Shown: positions 54,802-64,000 of the stretch, piece by piece | How positions within the stretch are numbered: the stretch's first letter is position 1 | Layout of the letters: every line of letters starts with the position of its first letter | IMG/VR virus record: IMGVR_UViG_3300038393_000351 | Coordinates: 53,392-117,391 of that record | Direction: 5' to 3' (one strand) | DNA length: 64,000 nucleotides | Source: a virus | The notes under the pieces: generated by a model | Seen by the model: only the letters and a program-made list of their open reading frames with translations | Told to the model about the DNA's origin: nothing | Database searches by the model: none | Translations under genes and position numbers: made by a program

Positions 54802-55517
54802 TAGATACCCATTGCTTTTCGATTGCCTTTAATAGTGCATGAAGAGCTGCTCGAAGGCACAAACGTCAGGAGGACTTGAGTCGAATTGGCTGAGGCAGAG
54901 AATAATCCTACGAGACTGTTCGAAGTCACCATGCCGTACTCAGTCATATAAGCGTCAACGCCGTCGCTGGTGACGAGAATCTTAGAGACTTGATAGTCTC
55001 CAGAATTGTTGTCCTTGATCTGGAGAAAGTACTCAGCTGATCTATAAACGGTGAAGTCGAACGAATCCACGACTTTAGCGCTCGTGTTCGTTGTAGACGA
55101 CGTAAAATATGAGTCTAAGTAAGCACCAACGGAAACGTGATCAGTCAATGATAAGTTAGCGACTGTCAGGTTGGAGATAACCGCTGTATTCACGGTGAAT
55201 GAAGTGGAGTTGATCGTCGTGTTAACTGTGCTGTTACCGACTGTAAACACGTCACCAAAGACTAGTACGTTGCTCGAAATTCCCAGAACGTCTGAAGTCG
55301 ATACGTTTCCACCGCGAAGAGTTGGTGTCGCGATGATGGTGCTTCCAAAAATTCCAGAGAGTTGAGTGTTTCCAGTTGTAGGAGCACCTACTGTGTTAGC
55401 AGCAGTTGTGATAACTTGAGTCGACATAGCGTTCGCGATTTGATTGAATCGTTGATATAAAATCGTAAGACTATCACCGGTAGGTGTTACGTTTAGCTGT
55501 GATATCGCGATGCTCAT
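54801..55517 (-). CDS. virion structural protein
   Basis: C-terminal VDSF....YRSAEY..Q...EYG repeat typical of T4-like marine/alpha phage virion proteins. Confidence 0.72.
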   Translation of the reverse strand: MSIAISQLNVTPTGDSLTILYQRFNQIANAMSTQVITTAANTVGAPTTGNTQLSGIFGSTIIATPTLRGGNVSTSDVLGISSNVLVFGDVFTVGNSTVNTTINSTSFTVNTAVISNLTVANLSLTDHVSVGAYLDSYFTSSTTNTSAKVVDSFDFTVYRSAEYFLQIKDNNSGDYQVSKILVTSDGVDAYMTEYGMVTSNSLVGLFSASANSTQVLLTFVPSSSSSCTIKGNRKAMGI

Positions 55518-55723
55518 TTTATTCCAAGGGCTTTCTTAATCTGATCCAGCTCGCTCTCAAGACGTGCGTAGTTTACTTTAAGATCATTGAACTCAGTGAT
55601 GTTCTTACGTCCATGTAAGTAAGCCCTGAGCTGATCTTCATTTGCATTGTGAACAAAACCCGTCTTTGGATCTTTGTAGTATCCAGGAGAGTTAGTCTTC
55701 TTCATTCCGTTTGTATTTATCAT
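55514..55723 (-). CDS. small conserved protein downstream of VrlC-like gene
   Basis: Y.KD..TG...N + coiled coil. Confidence 0.7.
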   Translation of the reverse strand: MINTNGMKKTNSPGYYKDPKTGFVHNANEDQLRAYLHGRKNITEFNDLKVNYARLESELDQIKKALGIK

Positions 55724-58362
55724 TACGCAGACGCCGCGATAGCTCGAATGTCGTCTAGACGAGGAACGAGGTTGGGACGATCGGCCATAAGGACGACTTT
55801 GATCTGAACGGTATCAAACGTATCGTAGGGAACCATTCCTGAGTTGTAGTATCGGCTTACGTTTGAGTTTAAGATGTTGCTGAATGCTTGGTGCTTCAGA
55901 TCTCTGATTCTCTCGACTTTAAGACCGTTGATGGCGAAGTTAACATTCGAGATGGGATTATTCAGTACCAGAGACGTCGCGTTGGTGACTGCATTGACAA
56001 CATCAATTGTATACGTATTGACGAACAACGGATTTGAGAGCTTGATCAAATCACCAGCAACGAAGTTCGTATTAAACGCGGTGTTAGCGCCCGTGACTAC
56101 GTTGTTTGAGATGGTGCATGTGGCAGTTCCATTCGATGTGAAGTCTACATCTGGGAATGCTTTGAGACTGTAGCTCAATTCGATCCAGTCGTCTTGATTA
56201 GTCGCGGATGACTGGAGGTTAGCAGTGAAGTTCTCTCCTAGAAGTGTCCAATCCTTATCCTCGAAGTACTCGGAATCCGTTGAGTTAAACACACGAGCAA
56301 AGACTTTGATGTCAGTTCCCGACGGCTTATAAGCCGAAGTGTAGACGAGGATGTCTTCCGCTGGACGAGCGAAGTTGATCTTCGTAGTAAGCTGCCGAGC
56401 CCAAGCGTTTCCTTGATCGGTATATTCATCTGTCCAGTCGTCGTTGACGATGTACGTTGAGAGCGACAGAGACGGAATAGAGTTTACGGTAACGCACGTG
56501 AAATCGGAGTTGGAAGTTGTGTTGAGAACCATCGTCATCACGTTCGACGTTAGTCCCGGAGACGTAGTGTCGTTTGACTTACCGTTAGCATAAGATGTGA
56601 TGAATTCGTTTGATCGAGAAACAAACGCGGGAACTTTAGTGCTCGTGAAAGCGTTCCTCACGAATAAGTTAATGGGAATCGTCATCTCATCCGGATCGTC
56701 GTTGAGATAGTATGCTAGATTTCCAAAAACATTCAGATCATTCTGTAGATAATAGTTGCAGCGCATCTTAACGTCGAATATCGTCCCGCTTGGATTATCG
56801 ATATCAAAGTAGGGAGTCACGTCGGATAGAGCAAAGTTAGCGATGTGGCATTTCGCGAAGATGTTGTTTCTATCTTCAGTCTTGATAGTCGATCCGATGG
56901 TGATGGCTAAGTTTGCTCCAGATCCAGCGGAAGTATTGGTCGCCGGTGCAGCGTTTGCACCAGCTGTAATCACCGGAGCGATGTTGTCTGAATAGACAAA
57001 ACCGCACCCAAGGTTTGAGAAGTACAGCGAAGTGATTCCACCCGTAGAGTTCGTTGAGATGTTTGCTACGGCGTTGTAGCCTCCGGTCACAGCATTCGCC
57101 ACGTTCTCATATCCAATGATGTATAGAACGTCGGAGTTTGAGTAGCCTGTTCCACCCGAGACAACATTGATGGACTCGACTGCGTTGTTCACAAAGCGAA
57201 TGCTTGAGTTCGCTGAAGAATTAGTGAGCACGACGATCGACTGGAATTCACCGAACGGTGATCCCTTGTTGAATGAGTCTACTTGACCGACCGGAGTCAC
57301 AAGGAACTCCGCGGCGGTGTTGACGAACGTAATCGGTTCATCGACTTGAAGAACTGTATTGGAGATGACCGCGACGATTCCTCGAATGTTGACTCCAGTT
57401 GAATCCTTCAGCACAATGTACGGTGAGTCATTTCCATTTGTAGTCAGACCAACGGTGGGATAAATGTCTCGCCATGAGAATGAAGCACCGTTTGGATACT
57501 GAGTGTTAGCGGTTACTCGATCATTTCCTGTGCAGGAGATTTTGATAGACGACGCTGAGTTGTAGTATCCACCCGGATAAGAGAACGTATTCTGATAAGC
57601 CCATTGTCCACCGACGAACTTCTCCTTGACGGAGTCTGTCTGTGAAAAGATCACCATCTCCAAGCATGAAGCGGGATACAAATAGACTTCATTGTTGGCA
57701 TTAGTGTCTTTGATGACCGGAGAGTGAATAATCTGAGTGTTGCTCGGGATAGATGTATTAGATGAGATTGCAAAACCATTCGTCGAGTAGCGAGCGCAGT
57801 ATACTTTAAACTTCAGGTCAACATCGTTGAGAGGAGTCCACTGAGACTGATAAGCAGCGCTCGACACAGCTGAAGTGATCTCACCCTGAGCGTTAAAGTT
57901 TTGAGGTGTGTTGGTATAATTGAACAACTTACCAATGTACTTACCGCTTGTACCGGATGAAATCTTTTTCGTATCAATGAGGAAGTCGCCGACTTTAGAG
58001 CTCCATAGTTGGAACTGCTCGGATCCATCAAACATGAGCACCAGTGCGTACTCAACTCCAGTGTTGACGTGCACTACTTGATTGAAGCGAAAGCGCGTGG
58101 CTAAGCTGGCGTCAGACGTGGTTGCGATCTGATCATATTCACATCGAGCAAAGATGTATGCTGTGTTGTCGATTTTAGGAACACCATAGATAGTCTCAAC
58201 GATGAACAGTGAGACTCCAGGATTATCGATTCCGCTCTGATTACCGGTGCGTGGAGGCTTAGCTTGGAAATACAGATCGACTGCTGATATTCCGATCGAT
58301 GGAGCGTTTCCCACAACACCAGGATCTAGAAAAAATGTCTGAGCGAGATTATAACTTTGAAT
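55723..58362 (-). CDS. VrlC/DUF4815-like baseplate protein, C-terminal part
   Basis: LAQTFF, VDLYFQ.K, EYA.V, DLKF..Y.A, P..DD.RAIA; probable ATT start at 58362 (ORF track 58314). Confidence 0.75.
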   Translation of the reverse strand: MQSYNLAQTFFLDPGVVGNAPSIGISAVDLYFQAKPPRTGNQSGIDNPGVSLFIVETIYGVPKIDNTAYIFARCEYDQIATTSDASLATRFRFNQVVHVNTGVEYALVLMFDGSEQFQLWSSKVGDFLIDTKKISSGTSGKYIGKLFNYTNTPQNFNAQGEITSAVSSAAYQSQWTPLNDVDLKFKVYCARYSTNGFAISSNTSIPSNTQIIHSPVIKDTNANNEVYLYPASCLEMVIFSQTDSVKEKFVGGQWAYQNTFSYPGGYYNSASSIKISCTGNDRVTANTQYPNGASFSWRDIYPTVGLTTNGNDSPYIVLKDSTGVNIRGIVAVISNTVLQVDEPITFVNTAAEFLVTPVGQVDSFNKGSPFGEFQSIVVLTNSSANSSIRFVNNAVESINVVSGGTGYSNSDVLYIIGYENVANAVTGGYNAVANISTNSTGGITSLYFSNLGCGFVYSDNIAPVITAGANAAPATNTSAGSGANLAITIGSTIKTEDRNNIFAKCHIANFALSDVTPYFDIDNPSGTIFDVKMRCNYYLQNDLNVFGNLAYYLNDDPDEMTIPINLFVRNAFTSTKVPAFVSRSNEFITSYANGKSNDTTSPGLTSNVMTMVLNTTSNSDFTCVTVNSIPSLSLSTYIVNDDWTDEYTDQGNAWARQLTTKINFARPAEDILVYTSAYKPSGTDIKVFARVFNSTDSEYFEDKDWTLLGENFTANLQSSATNQDDWIELSYSLKAFPDVDFTSNGTATCTISNNVVTGANTAFNTNFVAGDLIKLSNPLFVNTYTIDVVNAVTNATSLVLNNPISNVNFAINGLKVERIRDLKHQAFSNILNSNVSRYYNSGMVPYDTFDTVQIKVVLMADRPNLVPRLDDIRAIAASA

Positions 58363-58391
58363 TGTAGCCTCCTAAGAAGTACTTCTTGCCC

Positions 58392-58844
58392 TTAGTGGGC
58401 ATGACCCTCGATGCGATTGACGTGAGCCGGTGTAATGAGCAAGCGAAGTGGGAAATAACCAGAAGCATATGCACCACCGACTCCCTTCAGCTCAAAGAAT
58501 CGCTGAGTAGTGAAGTAGTACGGTGTATCTGCGCTCTGCTGATTGTACTGAGCTCCGGTTACCGGCGTAGTCGGAAGATTATCGAACGCATAGTTTCCCT
58601 CAAACTGGAAGTCATATAGAACTGAGAATGAGAGAGTTCCATCGGCTCCTGAGATCAGATCATCACCTAGCTTTTTACCGAACGGTTTAACAGCAAACCC
58701 AAGCTCAACTCCATCGAGATAGAACTTGTATTTTGTAGAAGGCTTCAGACCCTTCCACTGAACGGGGATGTTAAAAGCTTTTGATCTGACGGTATCTGAC
58801 GTAGTGTCGTTGAATACTTCCGCCGATGTTGTCCATAAAGGCAT
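58392..58844 (-). CDS. VrlC/DUF4815-like baseplate protein, middle part
   Basis: GLKP.T.Y.FY.DG motif normally internal in large VrlC-like proteins. Confidence 0.65.
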   Translation of the reverse strand: MPLWTTSAEVFNDTTSDTVRSKAFNIPVQWKGLKPSTKYKFYLDGVELGFAVKPFGKKLGDDLISGADGTLSFSVLYDFQFEGNYAFDNLPTTPVTGAQYNQQSADTPYYFTTQRFFELKGVGGAYASGYFPLRLLITPAHVNRIEGHAH

Positions 58845-58847
58845 TGC

Positions 58848-59825
58848 TTACTTTCCGCTTATCTTACCTACGATCCAACAGATGGGTTCGAAGACTCTTC
58901 GGTAGATTCGTCCTAGAGGATCCATCTTTCCGCGTCTCTCTTTCCAGATGTCAGTTGTTCTGTGCTTGACGACGTTTTCTAGTAGATATTTAAGGCTCTT
59001 CTGCAGAAGATTATCCGCCCCAGAGTAGTAACAGTATCTAACTAGAGGAAGAAATAAGATATGATATCCGCGCTGGTACTCGGGTGATCCAGCCTGAGCG
59101 GACGTCAACCAGACTTTCTGACGGAATGTACCAAAACCATATGCATCGTTCATAGCTGTACACACTATCTTACAGCCGCATCCACCGCCGTCTCCTGTCG
59201 GAATCACTGGTGTCGGTGGAGGAGCCGGAGGAGGAAGGTGAACTGTAATCGGGGGTGGAATACCGGGTGCGGGAGGCGGGATGGGAGGACAACCGATCGT
59301 TAATCCATCTACTGGATATTGAGCGACGTATCTCCAGTTGAAAGAACCCGTTCCTTTAGACGTTCTAATCGTATAGTTGCTACCCAGAGCCGGATTATGA
59401 ATCCATGTTAGCTTTCCTGCATATGTAGCATATGATTTAGCATTTATTGTGCTTAAGACGAAATCTTTCAGATAAAGATCGGGCGAATCGTTGAAGAATG
59501 AACCAAATGTATCGGACAGCAGTGCTGCTTTATCTATGGCTGTAAGTGGAACGGCTGAACCGATTTCAGTGACTAGGGTATTACCCTGATAGACTTCAAT
59601 TCGATCGGGGGAGTTATAGTTGTAAAAATAGACTGTTGCTGGAGCACTTGAATAAGTCGCGAGTTTGATGTTTAAAACGTCGACGAAATCACTGTTCGCA
59701 CTTCCTACTTCTTGTATGTAGCTCTGTGATCGAAACGCTAGAGCGTTAGCTAATCCGGTTCCATAGTAACCATTAGCATAAACGGTTCCGTTCGCTATTA
59801 CTTCATTGATTATAGTATTACTCAA
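58848..59825 (-). CDS. virion protein with poly-Pro linker and C-terminal KIVCT domain
   Basis: PPIPPPAP...GDGGGCGCKIVCTAM...YQRGYH. Confidence 0.65.
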   Translation of the reverse strand: MSNTIINEVIANGTVYANGYYGTGLANALAFRSQSYIQEVGSANSDFVDVLNIKLATYSSAPATVYFYNYNSPDRIEVYQGNTLVTEIGSAVPLTAIDKAALLSDTFGSFFNDSPDLYLKDFVLSTINAKSYATYAGKLTWIHNPALGSNYTIRTSKGTGSFNWRYVAQYPVDGLTIGCPPIPPPAPGIPPPITVHLPPPAPPPTPVIPTGDGGGCGCKIVCTAMNDAYGFGTFRQKVWLTSAQAGSPEYQRGYHILFLPLVRYCYYSGADNLLQKSLKYLLENVVKHRTTDIWKERRGKMDPLGRIYRRVFEPICWIVGKISGK

Positions 59826-59837
59826 ATCGTTTCTCCA

Positions 59838-62800
59838 TTATGATGGATTGTACATCCATGGATCTGCTTGTGTCGGCGGACCTCCAGTTCCAGCATTGCC
59901 GGGTCCGCCACCGTACCATAGTCCCGTCTCAGGACTTACCCAACCCATAATTGGAACGGTTGGTGCTTGTATCGGAATCAGCGGTGGATCTTGAACGTAG
60001 TTGACTTGCTGCGGTATATTTAGATAATATTGCCCGTTGATGACGCGAACGTTATAAGTCACGTATTGAAGCACACAGACTGGTCCAAGAGTATCAGGCC
60101 ATGTAGCGTTGTCCTGGCTAACGACTTGGAAATCGATGTAGTCAGCTCCTCCCGTGACTCCATTGAAATAAACGTCCCACGTTAACTTCTCTGGAACAGC
60201 TGCGTTGTCCTCAATCTGAGCAGCGTAGTTCGGATTATCACGATCGGAGAATGCATATGTTGACAGATCATCGGCAAAGAAACCAAACTTAAATCGATCG
60301 AGACTCGGTGATACGCTCGAGGGAATCGCTAAGCTGGCAACGTTCGACTCGAGTTGGTTGAGTGAAACGTAGTACTCAACGTCAGTCAATCGCCTGTCGA
60401 GGTGTCCGATGTCAGCCATGGTGTAGACTTTAGGAACATCGAACACCGATCCAGCCTGAGACCTCGGCTTTGTGATGGCTTTATCATCTGTACGAGTCTT
60501 GAGGAATCGTCCATTGATGACGTAAGTAGTCAGAACAGTGTTGAGAGTAGTTGAACGGACGATCGGTAGATTCGGATACGTTGGAACGTTTAAGTCCGTC
60601 AACTTCATAGAATCCTGAGGTATAACCGGCGAGTAGCGCTTAGCTGGATCGACGGCCGGTTTACCAGTCAATACATGGAAGTTTCCATCAGAGGCTAAGA
60701 TAACGGAATCAGTTCTACCCAAGAACTGCTCGATGTCGCAGACGAAGGGTGTTCCAGGAAGAGGAAACTTCAGTTCATTTGCTTGTGATTGAGTATTTCC
60801 AAACGATAGCGTAGAAGACGGATTGATCGGCGCCCCAGCAGGAGTCGATGAGGGTGCTGCAGTTACTGAAGCGACTGGTCTGAAGTCAAAGTATTCAAGC
60901 AGATCATACTCAGTACCGATGTTGTCAAAGACTTCTGGAATCTCAAATGAGTTAACGGTTGAAGTCAAGTTCGATAGTGGCTGTGAGTCTACGATAAGCC
61001 TCTGAGCAACGTTAGACGATACGTATGATAGAGTATCAACAACACCGACACCCGAAGTCGTGAAGTAATCATACTCGACGAGAATGTAGGAACTCGAAGT
61101 GATGTTTACTGGAGCTTTAGGAGACTTGTAGAGATATCCTAGATCTAGGAAGTCGGGATTCTGATTGTGATCGACGTAGAACGATGAGATAGCGTTCATA
61201 TTCGTGTTGGAGACAGTCGAGTCGCCTACGTACACACCGCGGACTCGGAAGATGTCTGGAACACCTAGACACCAGGGTCCATTAGTTCCGCCCTCGTTAT
61301 TTGCACAGCAGATCTTCGTATAGTAGATTCGATTCGGCGATTTTGACACTTCAGTCACTTGCGTGCGTCTGATGTTTACACCAACTGCAACGTTAGCTGA
61401 AGTCACAGATGCAAACGTACCACCAAAGTTAAGTGTTAAGATGTTCTGGTTGATGTCCACGTTTGCGGACAGACCATCGCGCGTACCAAATGGAACCGGA
61501 ACGTTTGCGGGGAATGCACGAGCAACACCGGCTGTGGTGTTCGAGAACGAAACGTTTCCATCAAGAACCGCTAACGTCGAGTTGACGATGGAAGTGACTC
61601 GTCTGATCTGATAAGCCGTAGTGTTAGCATATACATACACGAAGTCTCCAGCGCGTAGGTCTGAGAAGAACGACGTTGCTGTGCCGACTAGATTTGATGA
61701 AGTGGTGTTGACTGAGACTGTTCCAGCGATATTTGAGTTGTAGATTAAGTCTACTGACGTAGGAACGACGTAGAGTTCAGTCATCTGCGCACTCGTCAAA
61801 GCACCGGTGTACGGATAAAACTCGTTAGGAGTCGATGCTATAGACTTCACAGCGAGTCCAGTATTAGCAACTGATAGGCTCTGATCGAGAGTTCTGTAGA
61901 TGTATGAGATGTTATTGGCGTTCTTTATAGATTCAGCGCCCGTTGCAAACAGCAGCTGCGACGTGTTTGGTTCATGAATGATCGTCGAGTCGGATGATAC
62001 GACGACGTCAGCGATTCCCTTAGACTGTGTACCGTTGTAATAGACTGATCGAACGTCGGCAAAGTTCTTACCAGAATTCATCACGATGTTGAAAACGTGA
62101 AGTCTATAAAGCGCATCCTGTGAACCAGGTGAACCCGAAGCTAGTACTAGAGAGCGGATGCGTGCGGTACCGATCATCGTTCCCTGAGGCGTTGTGTTGC
62201 CCGTTGCTACTAACGTAGTATTAGATAGAAATCCCTTAGCTGTTGTATAAAGATTGATTGTATCACCAGTGTTGTACTGGAACACGCCACCGAGATTGTT
62301 GATATAGATGTAGTTTCCGTAGTTTAGATTAACGGCGTGTGAGTTAGTCACAAGCGTATCTAACGGTTTATCCGTATCGATAGTAAAGTTTGTCAGAGTC
62401 TGAACGCGTTTTCCAGAAATATAAGCCGTACCTGGATCGATAACCGTTGAGTACTTAGACGCTTCCTGCGTCGTGTCGATAGGTGATCGAGTAGACATCA
62501 GGAATGAATCGACAACGTAGTTGCCGCTCTCCTCCATCGTCCTCTTAGCTAACTCATCATCGATCTTATTGTAGACTGTGGTCTGATTCTGCTTATATGG
62601 ATTACCCTCTGACCACGCAACGATTGTAAAGAAGTCAGCGTTTGCATCGGCATCGGTTGTATTAGCTATGACGAGTTCAGGAATGAGCTGAAGCCTGCTG
62701 GCACCTGGAGCACCTTGGTTTTCAGTGTTGTTTACGGGATCACGAAGAGATGGATCGATGTTGTAATCAACGACTGCTTCATCGGTAAAGAAACCACAAG

Positions 62801-63917
62801 AGACGGCGTTAGGTGTTTGTGCGTATTTGTCTACGATGATTGTCTGAGGTGCGACGCGAAGGAAGAATCCCTTCTGATAGATGACTCCTTCCGTAACAGC
62901 GAAAGCGTATCCATTTCCAACAGCTCCACTTGTAGAAGCAACTCGAACTTGACCAACGTAGTTCTGAGCTTCAAGATCTAGTGAATTGAGGCCGGTTGTA
63001 TTGTTGGCTGACTTTACAGTTACATTCGGTGGAATTGTATATTGCTGACCACGTTGGAATATAGCACCGCCGATGATTTTACCAACGCTGTCTGTGACGA
63101 TGCGGCCGATTGCACCTGTTCCAATAACACCTTCAACACGTGCTGTGACTGTGTTTGATTGGTTTGTGATAGAATCGCCGACTGAAACAGTCCAGTTATT
63201 GGACGTACTCGTTGGAGACGCAAGATCTTCAACACGAGGACGAACAGTTAAGATGATCTGAGATTTTGATGCATACGTAAGAGTATCAATACCGATGATT
63301 GTTGTGTTAGAACCAAACGCGGTGATGACTGAGTCGCCGTTAGCGTACGTTCCAGAAGCTACGTTGACGATAAGCTGAGGTAAGAAAATGACTGGATCGC
63401 TGTTGGAGAATCCGGAACCACCGTTATTGATTTTAATTCCCCAGATGGAGTTGTTTAAGTCACGGCATGTAAGAACGTCTCCAGCTGTAAACGCTTCTGT
63501 ATTAGAGTCGTTTCCTGAATTAATGTATTGAAGATAAAGTGTTTTCAGATCAGGATCAGATGATTCAAAACCGTCTTGATAATTGATGATTTTGGCAGAG
63601 AGACCAGATGTATCGCATGTGGCGATTGTATTGAAATACTTTGAAACGACGCTAGTCGTTCCATCGATTTCATTATCTAATATCTTAACGTAACTGTATG
63701 ATGGATAGAAGATAAAATTACATCCAGAAACGATAGTTCCCTGTTTGAAGATGTTATCTCCAAATCTTTCAATCTGCTTCTGGAGTAGAGTCTGAAGCTG
63801 ATTCAACTCACGAGTCTGAACAGATACTCCTGGTTGAAAGAGCATCTTGACGTAATCTTTTGTAGGATCGTAATCGTCGAACCACGGAGCGGCGTTAAGA
63901 TTTGTAGAAATTCCCAC
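59838..63917 (-). CDS. VrlC/DUF4815-like baseplate protein, N-terminal part
   Basis: N..PWFDDYD..K.Y...LF.PG..VQ.RELNQLQ..LQ.QI..FG, PGA.RL, YTM.DIG.L..R...EYY.SL, RFK.GFF.D. Confidence 0.85.
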   Translation of the reverse strand: MGISTNLNAAPWFDDYDPTKDYVKMLFQPGVSVQTRELNQLQTLLQKQIERFGDNIFKQGTIVSGCNFIFYPSYSYVKILDNEIDGTTSVVSKYFNTIATCDTSGLSAKIINYQDGFESSDPDLKTLYLQYINSGNDSNTEAFTAGDVLTCRDLNNSIWGIKINNGGSGFSNSDPVIFLPQLIVNVASGTYANGDSVITAFGSNTTIIGIDTLTYASKSQIILTVRPRVEDLASPTSTSNNWTVSVGDSITNQSNTVTARVEGVIGTGAIGRIVTDSVGKIIGGAIFQRGQQYTIPPNVTVKSANNTTGLNSLDLEAQNYVGQVRVASTSGAVGNGYAFAVTEGVIYQKGFFLRVAPQTIIVDKYAQTPNAVSCGFFTDEAVVDYNIDPSLRDPVNNTENQGAPGASRLQLIPELVIANTTDADANADFFTIVAWSEGNPYKQNQTTVYNKIDDELAKRTMEESGNYVVDSFLMSTRSPIDTTQEASKYSTVIDPGTAYISGKRVQTLTNFTIDTDKPLDTLVTNSHAVNLNYGNYIYINNLGGVFQYNTGDTINLYTTAKGFLSNTTLVATGNTTPQGTMIGTARIRSLVLASGSPGSQDALYRLHVFNIVMNSGKNFADVRSVYYNGTQSKGIADVVVSSDSTIIHEPNTSQLLFATGAESIKNANNISYIYRTLDQSLSVANTGLAVKSIASTPNEFYPYTGALTSAQMTELYVVPTSVDLIYNSNIAGTVSVNTTSSNLVGTATSFFSDLRAGDFVYVYANTTAYQIRRVTSIVNSTLAVLDGNVSFSNTTAGVARAFPANVPVPFGTRDGLSANVDINQNILTLNFGGTFASVTSANVAVGVNIRRTQVTEVSKSPNRIYYTKICCANNEGGTNGPWCLGVPDIFRVRGVYVGDSTVSNTNMNAISSFYVDHNQNPDFLDLGYLYKSPKAPVNITSSSYILVEYDYFTTSGVGVVDTLSYVSSNVAQRLIVDSQPLSNLTSTVNSFEIPEVFDNIGTEYDLLEYFDFRPVASVTAAPSSTPAGAPINPSSTLSFGNTQSQANELKFPLPGTPFVCDIEQFLGRTDSVILASDGNFHVLTGKPAVDPAKRYSPVIPQDSMKLTDLNVPTYPNLPIVRSTTLNTVLTTYVINGRFLKTRTDDKAITKPRSQAGSVFDVPKVYTMADIGHLDRRLTDVEYYVSLNQLESNVASLAIPSSVSPSLDRFKFGFFADDLSTYAFSDRDNPNYAAQIEDNAAVPEKLTWDVYFNGVTGGADYIDFQVVSQDNATWPDTLGPVCVLQYVTYNVRVINGQYYLNIPQQVNYVQDPPLIPIQAPTVPIMGWVSPETGLWYGGGPGNAGTGGPPTQADPWMYNPS

Positions 63918-63928
63918 TTATAATCCTC

Positions 63929-64000
63929 TTAGAAATTTAGGAAGACTTTAAACGCTTCCGTTTGAGTCGGTTGCCGTGTGATCGGAGATAAGTTTTCGAT
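63929..64000 (-). CDS. gp8: baseplate wedge subunit (3' end only)
   Basis: Manual translation IENLSPITRQPTQTEAFKVFLNF* matches the gp8 C-terminal EN..PI.R...Q.E..K....F pattern. Confidence 0.7.
   Translation of the reverse strand: MENLSPITRQPTQTEAFKVFLNF

Noticed and set aside
1-64000. Prophage or integrative element interpretation
   Set aside because: No integrase, repressor module, att site or host housekeeping genes; content is that of a lytic T4-like phage

Overview
64-kb segment of a large lytic T4-like myovirus genome (host unknown; the gene set and late-promoter form resemble T4-like phages of alphaproteobacteria/cyanobacteria), almost entirely coded on the minus strand. Read along the minus strand it holds: baseplate/tail-fibre genes (gp8 end, a split VrlC/DUF4815-like cluster, a 2147-aa Asp-box propeller adhesin, a chaperone-bearing fibre); the core gp13-14-15-16-17-18-19-20-(core)-21-22-23 morphogenesis block; His/Lys-rich putative internal head proteins; gp3, uvsY, uvsW, gp55, gp47/46; an N6-adenine MTase, peptide deformylase, an atypical tRNA and a tRNA-like RNA; an 8-kb cytosine-hypermodification cassette (dCMP hydroxymethylase, alpha-glucosyltransferase, second glycosyltransferase, odd C5-MTase, UDG-like, NDT-like, MazG-like, dNMP kinase); gp45-44-62-regA; and an early operon. 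The most unusual element is that early operon (1-2.98 kb): five tandem paralogous small proteins with a conserved helical leader and C-terminal W-x-S-S...C motif, followed by a nucleotidyltransferase-fold protein and a PPP phosphatase, suggesting an undescribed peptide-modification system. Also notable: capsid-targeted putative enzymes (kinase, ParB/Srx, ART folds), a shared repeat module in prohead core proteins, a 55-aa portal-clip mimic and candidate ATT start codons. All calls come from motif recognition by eye; no database search was run.
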